Source: an uncultured Gammaproteobacteria bacterium (lineage in GTDB: Bacteria > Patescibacteriota > Patescibacteriia > PEXW01). From it: a stretch of 64,000 nt of DNA. Each line of letters begins with the position of its first letter. Position 1 is the first letter of the stretch. This document shows positions 55,276 through 63,647 of this stretch, piece after piece. The notes under the pieces are model-generated. The model did not search any database. It saw nothing but the letters and a program-made list of their open reading frames with translations, and was not told where the DNA came from. The stretch covers positions 139,120 through 203,119 of the forward strand of contig CAZAMC010000003.1 of NCBI GenBank assembly GCA_964486505.1, given 5' to 3'. The position numbers were made by a program, and so were the translations under genes.

Positions 55276-55419
55276 ACAGTTGATTCTACCACGAGGGGTC
55301 CCCGCAAAGTTGGCACGGAACAAAGTGAGCACGACTTTGCGGGGCAAAGCGAGGCTTCGTCCGTAGGACGGTGGGGGTCTGCGAACGCGGACACGCGGAA
55401 CTCGATGGACGAAACGAGC

Positions 55420-55496
55420 TGGTGGGCAACGTAGGAGTCGAACCTACGACCTTCTCGGTGTAAACGAGACGCTCTAACCAACTGAGCTAGTTGCCC
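55420..55496 (-). tRNA. tRNA-Val (anticodon TAC)
   Basis: Reverse complement is GGGCAACTAGCTCAGTTGGTTAGAGCGTCTCGTTTACACCGAGAAGGTCGTAGGTTCGACTCCTACGTTGCCCACCA: 77 nt. Confidence 0.9.
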
Positions 55497-55685
55497 AAAA
55501 TACTGCTGCCTTCGATGTAAACCCGCCTCGACTCGCGGCTTTTTCGACGCGAGGCGGGCGAGACGCTCTATCCGGGGCAGCGCCGGACGCTACGCACACT
55601 CGCGTCCGTCGGCGCTCTCCCGCCGTACGGCGGGATCGCTGCTGCCCGTTCCACCTTCGGTGAAACCCAACTGAGCTAGTTGCCC
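55497..55685 (-). pseudogene. Decayed tRNA-Val-derived pseudo-copy (5' acceptor/D-arm fragment + D-stem/anticodon-loop fragment with inserted hairpins, no T-arm)
   Basis: Minus strand reads GGGCAACTAGCTCAGTTGGGTT-(~95 nt)-ATAGAGCGTCTCG-CCCGCCTCGCGTCGAAAAAGCCGCGAGTCGAGGCGGG-TTTACAT..., directly abutting the intact tRNA-Val 5' end. Confidence 0.4.
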
Positions 55686-55807
55686 GCATCGGGAGTATAC
55701 TCGCACTTGGCCTGAAACCCTAGCATTTGTAGCACTTTTTTGGCTAGAGGTGTAGGGTAGGGGGTGCCCTTCAGCAAAAGTTCAGGTAGCCAGAACACCC
55801 TGGAAAC

Positions 55808-56485
55808 ATGCGCATTCTCCTCATTGAAGACGAGCACAAGATAGCCAACGCCCTGAAGAAAGGCTTGGAGCAGGAAGCCTATGCCGTGGACGTCCTCTAC
55901 GAAGGCAGGCAAGGGCTGGCCCGCGCACTCCGGGGGAACTACGACCTCCTTATCCTGGATCGCATGCTCCCTGGCATTTCAGATGGTTTGGTCATTGGCC
56001 AGGAAATTCGCAAAGCTGGACTCCACCAGCCCATCCTCGTCCTCACTGCTCGGGATGCAACCGCAGATCGCGTGCATGGTTTAGACAGCGGTGCTGATGA
56101 CTACCTGGTAAAGCCATTCTCTTTCGAAGAGCTCCTCGCGCGCGTCCGCGCCTTACTGCGACGTCCCAACCAAGTGATGAGCACGACGCTGCGGGTGGGC
56201 GACCTCGAACTGCACCCCGATACCTTCAAAGTTTCCCGAGCGGGGAAGACGATTGACCTCTCGAACAAGGAATTTGCGCTCCTGGAGTACCTCATGCGCA
56301 ATCCCAACCGCATTCTGACGAAAGATCAGATCATCCAGCACGTGTGGGACTTCGACGCCGACATCTTGCCGAACACGGTGGAAGCGTTCATCGCCAGCCT
56401 GCGGCAAAAAGTTGACCGGCCCTTCAACCCGCCGCTCATCCACACCGTGCGGGGCTTCGGCTACAAATTCACCACTACCCCATGA
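55808..56485 (+). CDS. OmpR-family response regulator
   Basis: Receiver domain (MRILLIEDE...LLILDRMLPG...DDYLVKPF) and winged-helix output domain (...LLEYLMRNPNRILTKDQIIQHVW...). Confidence 0.9.
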   Translation: MRILLIEDEHKIANALKKGLEQEAYAVDVLYEGRQGLARALRGNYDLLILDRMLPGISDGLVIGQEIRKAGLHQPILVLTARDATADRVHGLDSGADDYLVKPFSFEELLARVRALLRRPNQVMSTTLRVGDLELHPDTFKVSRAGKTIDLSNKEFALLEYLMRNPNRILTKDQIIQHVWDFDADILPNTVEAFIASLRQKVDRPFNPPLIHTVRGFGYKFTTTP

Positions 56486-57519
56486 GCTTCGTCCTTCAAC
56501 TACAGAAATTTTTCCGCGCCCCCGTCACCCGGCTCACGCTCTGGTACGTCCTCATCGTCATGGTGATTAGCGTTGGCTTTAGTGCCATCATCTACCGGCA
56601 AACGGCGGCGCAGCTTAAGGTAGACTTCATTCCACGTGGACGCGTGATGATGGACTTCGGTGACCCATTCACTGAACCAATCCGCACACGCGTTCAAGAA
56701 CTTTTCGAGCAGCAGTACGACCTCGCCACTGGCCACCTTCGCAATCAACTCATCATTATCAACCTCGTCGTGCTCGGCGCGGCGAGTTTAGCCAGCTACT
56801 TCCTAGCAAAGCGCACGCTCCGCCCAATTGAGGAGTCGCTGGAAGAGCAGCGACGCTTCACGGCCGACGCCTCGCACGAGCTGCGCACGCCGCTCACGGC
56901 CATGCGCTCGGAAATTGAAGTTGCACTGCGTAACGCAAATACAAAGCCCGGAGAGCACGTCGACATTCTCCGCAGTAATTTGGAAGAAATTCACCGCTTA
57001 GAACAGCTCTCCCGTGGCTTGCTCCGCTTAGCGCGCAGTGAAGTAGATGCGAAAGGTGTGGCCTGGGAGGTCACGCCGGTGAGTGCCATCGTTGACGATG
57101 CCGTGCGACAAGTGACGCCCCATGCGGAGAAAAAGCACATCACCCTCGACCGTGTAGACATTGGCGGTTCGTGGCGCGGGGACAAGCATAGCTTCGTGGA
57201 GCTCCTCGTCATCTTGCTCGACAACGCCATCAAGTACAGCGATGAGAAAACGACGGTGCGCGTCGCAGGGAACGCGAGCAGCCGACACGTGAGTCTACGC
57301 GTGCAAGATCACGGCATTGGCATGAAAGCGTCTGATATCCCCCACATCTTCGACCGCTTCTACCGCGCCGATTCCTCACGCACGAAGAACACTGTGGATG
57401 GCTACGGCTTGGGTCTGCCTATCGCCAAGCAAATTGTGGAGCGGTTCAACGGGAAAATCTCCGTAATGAGCACCATTGGCGAAGGTTCGACGTTCACAGT
57501 GACATTCCCGAGGGCGTAA
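56482..57519 (+). CDS. Sensor histidine kinase (two TM helices, short periplasmic loop)
   Basis: HisKA H-box ADASHELRTPLTAM and HATPase_c N/G boxes (LLDNAIKYS, DHGIGM, GYGLGL); 4-nt overlap with the regulator gene. Confidence 0.85.
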   Translation: MSFVLQLQKFFRAPVTRLTLWYVLIVMVISVGFSAIIYRQTAAQLKVDFIPRGRVMMDFGDPFTEPIRTRVQELFEQQYDLATGHLRNQLIIINLVVLGAASLASYFLAKRTLRPIEESLEEQRRFTADASHELRTPLTAMRSEIEVALRNANTKPGEHVDILRSNLEEIHRLEQLSRGLLRLARSEVDAKGVAWEVTPVSAIVDDAVRQVTPHAEKKHITLDRVDIGGSWRGDKHSFVELLVILLDNAIKYSDEKTTVRVAGNASSRHVSLRVQDHGIGMKASDIPHIFDRFYRADSSRTKNTVDGYGLGLPIAKQIVERFNGKISVMSTIGEGSTFTVTFPRA

Positions 57520-57692
57520 TGCTTCTGTCATTCTGAGTCCCGTCCTCGAACGGGACGAAGAATCTCATCAGCTTGAAAGCCTTGTGAGATCCTTCGCCCG
57601 CCAGTAGGCGTGCTCAGGATGACAAGGATTCTTTCAGCCTCCTTTCAGCCACCGAGCGTACGGTTGGCCTATTCACCCTTTTCTGGTCACCT

Positions 57693-59054
57693 ATGAACGC
57701 CCTTACCCGCGGGGTACGCAATGCCTTCCGTAACCCGCTCCGCACGCTCGCTGTCACCGCTATCCTGGGCATTAGTTTGGGGCTGGTTGTCGTCATGCTG
57801 GCGGCGCGCAGTGCCGTGACTGCCCGTATTACCGAGGTGAAAGAATCAATTGGCAACACGGTGACGGTTACGCCAGCTGGTGCCCGCGGGTTCATTGGCG
57901 GTGGTGAGCCGCTCACCCAAGCGAAGGTGGATGGGCTGGCGAGCATTGCAAACGTGACGAGTGTGGATGCGACCATTGATGCCATGCTCCGTGCCAATGA
58001 TGACACCTCATTGGAATCGGCTGTGGAAGCCGGCAGCCTAGGCGGCCGGCAGCAGCGGGTATTTGTTGGCAGTGATGAGCGTTCGGGCACCGTGCAGTCG
58101 GCACCGGATGGTGGAACATTCACGCCGCCCATTTTTGCCATTGGCACCAACAATCCATCATACGCTGGGGAAATGGTCGGCGCGTCGGTGAACATTTCGG
58201 ATGGCTCCGCGTTCGAAGCAGGCACCGATGCCAACGTGGCGATCATTGGCAAAACCTTAGCCGAAAAGAATAGCGTAAGCGTTGGGAAAACCTTCAAAGC
58301 GTATGACACGGATACCACCGTTGTGGGTATCTACGACGCCGGCAACCAGTTCGCTAACAATGCAGTGGTCTTCCCGCTCAAGACCTTGCAGAAGCTATCG
58401 GATCAAGTGGACGACGTGACCTCGGCAGTCGTCCACGTGAACTCGTCGGATAACCTGGCTAGTGTGACGAGCGCCGTGCAGGAGAACATGGGGGATACGG
58501 CCGACGTGAGCTCATCGGAAGAGTCGGTCAAAGCCGCCATCACGCCCCTGGAGAACATCCACAGCATTGCCACCACCAGCCTCATCGGTGCGCTCATTGC
58601 CGCCACAGTCATCTCCCTGCTGGCCATGGTCATGATCGTCCGCGAGCGCCGCAAGGAAATTGCCGTGCTCAAAGCCATTGGCGCCAGTGAGCCGACCATC
58701 ATAACGCAGTTCGTTTCGGAGTCGGTCATCCTGTCGTTGCTCGGCAGCGTCGTCGGCATTGTCCTCGGCTTCATCTTGAGCAACCCAATCTTGCGCGCCC
58801 TGCTCAACTCCAGCACGAGTACGACGGGTGCGCCGAGTGTCAGTGCTGGTGAAGGTCCAGGACGAGGCATCCGCGTGGCGATCGGCGGTTTTCGTGCCGT
58901 ACGTGGAGCAGTGCAGGATCTCACCGCGGTCGTGGACTGGCACCTGATTGTCTACGGCGTGCTGGCGGCCATTGTTGTCGCCATCGTTGGCGCGGCGTTC
59001 CCCGCCTGGCTTATTGGCAAAGTGCGGCCGGCTGAAGTTCTCCGGAGCGAATAA
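57693..59054 (+). CDS. ABC transporter permease, FtsX/MacB-like (one N-terminal TM, large extracytoplasmic domain, three C-terminal TMs)
   Basis: MacB_PCD-like topology and a C-terminal FtsX domain (...ERRKEIAVLKAIGASEPTIITQFVSESVILSLLGSVVGIVLG...). Confidence 0.8.
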   Translation: MNALTRGVRNAFRNPLRTLAVTAILGISLGLVVVMLAARSAVTARITEVKESIGNTVTVTPAGARGFIGGGEPLTQAKVDGLASIANVTSVDATIDAMLRANDDTSLESAVEAGSLGGRQQRVFVGSDERSGTVQSAPDGGTFTPPIFAIGTNNPSYAGEMVGASVNISDGSAFEAGTDANVAIIGKTLAEKNSVSVGKTFKAYDTDTTVVGIYDAGNQFANNAVVFPLKTLQKLSDQVDDVTSAVVHVNSSDNLASVTSAVQENMGDTADVSSSEESVKAAITPLENIHSIATTSLIGALIAATVISLLAMVMIVRERRKEIAVLKAIGASEPTIITQFVSESVILSLLGSVVGIVLGFILSNPILRALLNSSTSTTGAPSVSAGEGPGRGIRVAIGGFRAVRGAVQDLTAVVDWHLIVYGVLAAIVVAIVGAAFPAWLIGKVRPAEVLRSE

Positions 59055-59065
59055 TCCTTAACTCT

Positions 59066-59737
59066 ATGATTACTGTCCAAAAACTCTCAAAATCATTTAC
59101 CAGTGCGGGGAGCAAGGTGCACGCCCTCCGTGATGTAAGCTTCCAAGTAGAGCCCGGTCAGCTGGTTGCAGTCATTGGCAAGAGCGGCAGCGGCAAGAGC
59201 ACCTTGCTGGCGCTCCTCGGCGCACTCGATGCGCCAACCGACGGCGCCGTAATGGTCGGGCAAGATGATGTCACGCAATACCGTGGCCGCAAACTCCTGG
59301 CGTACCGCCGTGACACGATTGGCTTCGTCTTCCAGAACTACAACCTGGTGCCAAACCTTTCCGCACTCGAGAACGTCATGCTCCCCATGGAGTTTGCCGG
59401 AAAAGCCGCCAAGGAGCGCCACCGCCGCGCCACCCACCTCCTCAACCAAGTGGGTCTCACGGGCGACAAGCTCAAGCGCACCCCGGGCCGGCTCTCCGGC
59501 GGTGAGCAGCAGCGCGTGGCCATTGCCCGGGCGCTTGCCAACCAACCCAAACTCATCCTGGCCGATGAGCCAACCGGCAACCTGGACACGGCCACCAGCC
59601 AGCACATCGTGGAACTGCTGCGCTCGCTCGCGCGCTCCGAACAGACTACCATCATCACCGTCACCCACGATCCAGCCGTTGCCCAGCACGCCGACGTCAC
59701 CTACCAACTGCAGGATGGAAAACTCGTGAAAACGTAA
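59066..59737 (+). CDS. ABC transporter ATP-binding protein (MacB/LolD-like)
   Basis: Walker A GKSGSGKSTLL, signature LSGGEQQRVAIARAL, Walker B ILADEPTGNLD. Confidence 0.9.
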   Translation: MITVQKLSKSFTSAGSKVHALRDVSFQVEPGQLVAVIGKSGSGKSTLLALLGALDAPTDGAVMVGQDDVTQYRGRKLLAYRRDTIGFVFQNYNLVPNLSALENVMLPMEFAGKAAKERHRRATHLLNQVGLTGDKLKRTPGRLSGGEQQRVAIARALANQPKLILADEPTGNLDTATSQHIVELLRSLARSEQTTIITVTHDPAVAQHADVTYQLQDGKLVKT

Positions 59738-59753
59738 AACTGTTCAAGCACTA

Positions 59754-59777
59754 AGCCGGTGGTTAGCCCGGCTTTTT
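59754..59777 (+). terminator. Rho-independent terminator
   Basis: AGCCGG / CCGGCT stem followed by TTTTT. Confidence 0.5.
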
Positions 59778-59831
59778 GCTATATGAAAAGCCCGGCTTGG
59801 AAAGTCGGACTTAACGTACTCAAGAAATGTG

Positions 59832-60062
59832 CTACTTCACGATTACGCCGCGATCCCGGAGAAGAGCCTCCAATTTGCGGATGTACTTTGCGGTTGTCAG
59901 GTAGAACAACAAGAGCACTGCACCTTCAAACCACATATGCTCAAAAGCGGCTTTCCAGTTAGCCGGAGGGACTAATGCTTGGTATGCATATGAACCAATA
60001 GCGAAACCAAGAAATGTGCCCAACGCAGCCCTTTTGTACCACCACATTTTGCTAAACCACAT
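59832..60062 (-). CDS. Possible small membrane protein (76 aa)
   Basis: Two hydrophobic helices; Trp-rich N-terminus; no RBS identified. Confidence 0.35.
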   Translation of the reverse strand: MWFSKMWWYKRAALGTFLGFAIGSYAYQALVPPANWKAAFEHMWFEGAVLLLFYLTTAKYIRKLEALLRDRGVIVK

Positions 60063-60215
60063 GTTGTCTCCTTGCCCACAGAGTTTTGTTTTCTTTACTG
60101 GGTGTACAACGCTAAGCCAGCCATGTCAAGCAAGGTCGCATCTATATTCCACCACTCCCCATCAACGTTGGTATCGTCCCGCTCACACCTAGTAAAATCT
60201 GGGTATACTACGAAC

Positions 60216-60842
60216 ATGCCGAATCATGAGGTGGAAAAACCGAACGAGCATACCACTGGCTTGTTATGCCTCATGAGCATGCTGGGCTTGTATATCGTGC
60301 TCATCCTCCTGCTGGATGGCAGCCGTGTGAGCCGGAGCCTAATCTCGGCCGCTCTTGTCCTCACAGCAGCGGGCTGGGGGCTGCTCAATGCTCGACGAAG
60401 TGAATTTTTGCTCCAAGCACTCGGAGCAAAACCGCGCTGGCGGGCAACTATTGTGTTCACCATTATCACGTTCGTCCTCGTCCGGCTGGCAGGTTACGGG
60501 TTCGCCGCTGCATTCCCTGCTCAGGCGATTTCCCTGCGGCATGACGTAGTGTCGTGGCCGTTCCTGGCCTTCTACTTCCTAGTGAGCATCCCGCTGCAGG
60601 AATTCGTGTTCCGCGGGTACGCACTCACCGCACTGGAGCGCTGGACCAAAAACTGGGTTGCTCCCGTCATCATCAGCTCTGGCATCTACGCCTTCTTCCA
60701 CCTCCACTACGGCTGGAAGCTCGCCCTCGCCGTTTTCCCGCTGGGTTTGCTCTTCGGGTACATCAAACACCACACCCACTCGCTAGTGTACGCCACTATC
60801 ACGCACGCTATTGTCGCTTTGGTGTTCTACTACCTCATCTAA
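60216..60842 (+). CDS. CPBP family intramembrane metalloprotease (CAAX protease / Abi-like)
   Basis: Motif 1 QEFVFRGY (EExxxR-type), FxxxH (AFFHLHYG) and HxxxN/D-type (ITHAIVA). Start chosen at MPNHEVEK, 6 nt after TATACT, so likely leaderless. Confidence 0.75.
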   Translation: MPNHEVEKPNEHTTGLLCLMSMLGLYIVLILLLDGSRVSRSLISAALVLTAAGWGLLNARRSEFLLQALGAKPRWRATIVFTIITFVLVRLAGYGFAAAFPAQAISLRHDVVSWPFLAFYFLVSIPLQEFVFRGYALTALERWTKNWVAPVIISSGIYAFFHLHYGWKLALAVFPLGLLFGYIKHHTHSLVYATITHAIVALVFYYLI

Positions 60843-61375
60843 CCCGCCTTCGCCTGCAGCCGCTGCAGCCCTGCGCGGGCCTTTTCTAACTCCATGAGAA
60901 ACGATGGCACGTACTGCTCGGGGTGAGCCTGAATTTTTTGTACAAGCTCGTCCACTGGTACGGCCATAAATTCTTCCACTTCCTCATTCACCTGCGGAAT
61001 TTTATCACTCATGCCCACGAAAAGGTGTGAAAGCCGTCGGCGCAGCGAACCGTCTTCCCCCGGGAATTCGTTGAGGAAGGCTTCGACGAAGTGAAGGTCG
61101 CAGGTAAAACCCATTTCCTCTGCCATTTCCCGCTGGGCGCTCTCTTCGGGTTTCTCGCTGTGCACAATCCCGCCACATGCTGAAATATCCCACATACCGG
61201 GAAAGTGCTTCTTGGTCTTGGCGCGCTTCTGCGCCCACACTTCACCCTTGGGCGTAAAAATGAAGATGATGGCGTTGGGTGTAATGTGGTTGTCACGCTC
61301 GGCTTCTTCCCGCGTCACCGTACGCACGACATTGCCTTGCTCATCCATGACGTTGAGAACTTCGGTGTTGGACAT
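60839..61375 (-). CDS. NUDIX hydrolase (Idi-like subgroup)
   Basis: Nudix box GGIVHSEKPEESAQREMAEEMG; high-GC coding. Confidence 0.8.
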   Translation of the reverse strand: MSNTEVLNVMDEQGNVVRTVTREEAERDNHITPNAIIFIFTPKGEVWAQKRAKTKKHFPGMWDISACGGIVHSEKPEESAQREMAEEMGFTCDLHFVEAFLNEFPGEDGSLRRRLSHLFVGMSDKIPQVNEEVEEFMAVPVDELVQKIQAHPEQYVPSFLMELEKARAGLQRLQAKAG

Positions 61376-61392
61376 AATTTTTAAAGCTAACC

Positions 61393-61944
61393 TTAAATGA
61401 GTGTTTTAATTTTGCGAAACACTTCCAAAATATCTGGAACGAAAATCGAGGAAATGAAACGTTTTTTATCTTCCACGGAAATATTCAGTATCGTAGCAAT
61501 CGGCCATGCTTCGAAACCAGCTCCCTTGCCCTGTTCAACCTTTAATTTCTCAACTGGACCGTCATACTTATAGGCAAAGACTGCCCGTAAAACATTGTTG
61601 GTTCTGTTGGTAACTGAATCATAGGACTTATTCCTATGCGTCTTAATGTGCATCAATTTCTCTGACGAAACTTTAAGCCCCGTTTCTTCTTCAATTTCCT
61701 TAACTGCAGTAGTGACGTAATCATCGCCATTCTCTACGTGCCCACCAACTGTGGCATCGAGCAAGTCAGGAAAAGTGTCCTTATCTTTTGCCCGATGCTG
61801 AAAAATGATCTTGCCATCCGGGGTATAAAACCAAACATGAATCTCTTGATGCAAGAGCCCCTGAGCGTGCACATTCGCACGCGAATCTTCACCCAGGATA
61901 TTCCCATGTTCGTCTACAACATTGATATTGGGTTGGTCGGTCAT
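61393..61944 (-). CDS. NUDIX hydrolase paralog (low-GC)
   Basis: Nudix box GGHVENGDDYVTTAVKEIEEETG; N-terminus homologous to the neighbouring NUDIX (V.DE.GN...R...H..GLLH); coding DNA conspicuously AT-rich relative to flanks. Confidence 0.8.
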   Translation of the reverse strand: MTDQPNINVVDEHGNILGEDSRANVHAQGLLHQEIHVWFYTPDGKIIFQHRAKDKDTFPDLLDATVGGHVENGDDYVTTAVKEIEEETGLKVSSEKLMHIKTHRNKSYDSVTNRTNNVLRAVFAYKYDGPVEKLKVEQGKGAGFEAWPIATILNISVEDKKRFISSIFVPDILEVFRKIKTLI

Positions 61945-61956
61945 ATATAAATGGTC

Positions 61957-62031
61957 TGGTACCCCCGGCAGGAGTCGAACCTACATCTTGGGCTTAGAAG
62001 TCCCTTGCACTATCCGTTGTGCTACGGGGGC
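61957..62031 (-). tRNA. tRNA-Arg (anticodon TCT)
   Basis: Reverse complement is GCCCCCGTAGCACAACGGATAGTGCAAGGGACTTCTAAGCCCAAGATGTAGGTTCGACTCCTGCCGGGGGTACCA: cloverleaf with a weak anticodon stem (two non-canonical pairs), U33-TCT-A37. Confidence 0.8.
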
Positions 62032-62066
62032 GTAGCGAGAAACTGTACGAGCTTACTGGCGGAGCG

Positions 62067-63041
62067 TCAATCTTCGTCCTTCTTCTCTTTCTTCCCTCTC
62101 CTATTGTGGAAGGCTTTGTACACCTCACGCAGCTGCTGGTTGGTGACGTGCGTGTAGATCTGCGTGGTGGTGATACTCGCGTGGCCGAGCATGGATTGCA
62201 CGGATCGAATATCCGCGCCGTTCATCAATAAATCGGTGGCGTAGCTGTGGCGCAACGTGTGCGGCGTGATGCGCTTGGTAATCCCTGCGGCTTTGGCGTA
62301 GTGCTGCACGATGCGCTGAATAGACCGCGGCGTGAGGGGCTTGAAATTCTCGGCCGAGCGTTTCATAGCCCGGTCGTGACGCAAAAACATCCACTCCTCA
62401 TCATCACTGCGCTGCTTGAGGTACTCGCCCACCCAGTGCCGCGCGTTGTGGCTGAGGAATACCACACGCAGTTTGCTGCCTTTGCCACGCACGGTGAACT
62501 CATCTTTCTCTAGGTTCACCTGGTCCTTCTTCAATCCTGCCAGCTCCGACACGCGCAAACCGGTGGAGAAGAGCAGCTCCAGAATTGCCTTATCACGAAT
62601 CTGGACGAGGTTCGGTTGATCGGTTTTCATTGGCGCTTCCAAGAAGCGCTCCAAGTCCGCCCCTTCCATAAAACTCACCTGTCGTTCTTGTTGCTTGGCG
62701 AGCTCTACTTTCTCGGATGAGAGCGTCGTAACGTCCCGTTTGGCTAGGTACTTCAGGAAGGCGCGCAGGGCAATGAGGTGGTAGTTGCGCGTGCTCGCTT
62801 TGAGCAGCTCCTTCTGCGGGTTGACCAGGCGATTAAGGTACAAACGGTACTGCCGAACTTTCTCCGAAGTAATGTCTTTTGGATCCTGCAACTTGCCCCA
62901 CGCCAAGAACCGGCGGAGGTAAAAGTCGTAATTCTTCACCGTGAGCGGGGAAACGTTCTTCTCGATTTCCAAGTACTCCAAAAATTCGGTGAGGAGCTTG
63001 GAGAGTTGGGGAACAGCCATAGCGCGGATATTGTACGACAC
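62067..63041 (-). CDS. Tyrosine site-specific recombinase, XerC/XerD family
   Basis: N-terminal SAM-like domain (LTVKNYDFYLRRFLAWG) and catalytic R...HxxR...Y motifs (GLRVSEL, HTLRHSYATDLL, GHASITTTQIYTHV). Confidence 0.85.
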   Translation of the reverse strand: MSYNIRAMAVPQLSKLLTEFLEYLEIEKNVSPLTVKNYDFYLRRFLAWGKLQDPKDITSEKVRQYRLYLNRLVNPQKELLKASTRNYHLIALRAFLKYLAKRDVTTLSSEKVELAKQQERQVSFMEGADLERFLEAPMKTDQPNLVQIRDKAILELLFSTGLRVSELAGLKKDQVNLEKDEFTVRGKGSKLRVVFLSHNARHWVGEYLKQRSDDEEWMFLRHDRAMKRSAENFKPLTPRSIQRIVQHYAKAAGITKRITPHTLRHSYATDLLMNGADIRSVQSMLGHASITTTQIYTHVTNQQLREVYKAFHNRRGKKEKKDED

Positions 63042-63239
63042 TTTCCACTGACTGCCTAGCGGTTGGGAAAAGGCTCATTTGACGCTCTGCCCTGTACGCC
63101 GTACTCTGGAGGCTCAACGGTCAGTTTGTAGTTCTTTCGCCGGTTCCATTCCGGCCCGCTGATCAACGGTCTTGATCATGATTTCCTCCACGAAGCCCCC
63201 GGCTGCTACCCACAGCCGGGGTTATTCTTTTCATAAGCC

Positions 63240-63268
63240 TTGACATTGGCGCCTTTCCCCGCTATAGT
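63240..63268 (+). promoter_or_regulatory. Sigma70 promoter for rpsO
   Basis: TTGACA (63240-45), a 17-nt spacer, TATAGT (63263-68), followed by an ~80-nt leader. Confidence 0.55.
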
Positions 63269-63347
63269 CTTGGCGACTCAATTCTCTAAGGTACGGCAGC
63301 TTGGTTCGGGACTTTCCCCGCTCTCGGCTCCCGCGAAAGGTCACGCT

Positions 63348-63647
63348 ATGCTCGACAAGACTGCGAAGGATAGGATTATCAAGAAGTTCAAGACCCACGA
63401 AGGGGACACGGGCTCACCCGAGGTCCAAATTGCCATACTCTCCCACGAAATCGAGCAGCTCACCGAGCACTTGAAGACCCACAAGAAGGACTTCAGCTCC
63501 CGCCGTGGCCTGCTGAAAAAAGTTGGCCAACGCCGCCGACTCCTCGTGTACCTCCAGCGCGAAGACAACACCCGGTTTGAGGAGCTCACCAAAAAGTTGA
63601 AACTCAAAGCCCAGACGTACATCATTCCCACCGCTCCCGCTGAATAA
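63348..63647 (+). CDS. rpsO: 30S ribosomal protein S15
   Basis: [70 protein letters not shown] matches S15. The track ORF start at 63240 is a TTG inside the promoter. Confidence 0.9.
   Translation: MLDKTAKDRIIKKFKTHEGDTGSPEVQIAILSHEIEQLTEHLKTHKKDFSSRRGLLKKVGQRRRLLVYLQREDNTRFEELTKKLKLKAQTYIIPTAPAE

Noticed and set aside
55474-55689. 71-aa minus ORF
   Set aside because: Coincides with the tRNA-Val pseudo-copy; Arg-rich artefact.
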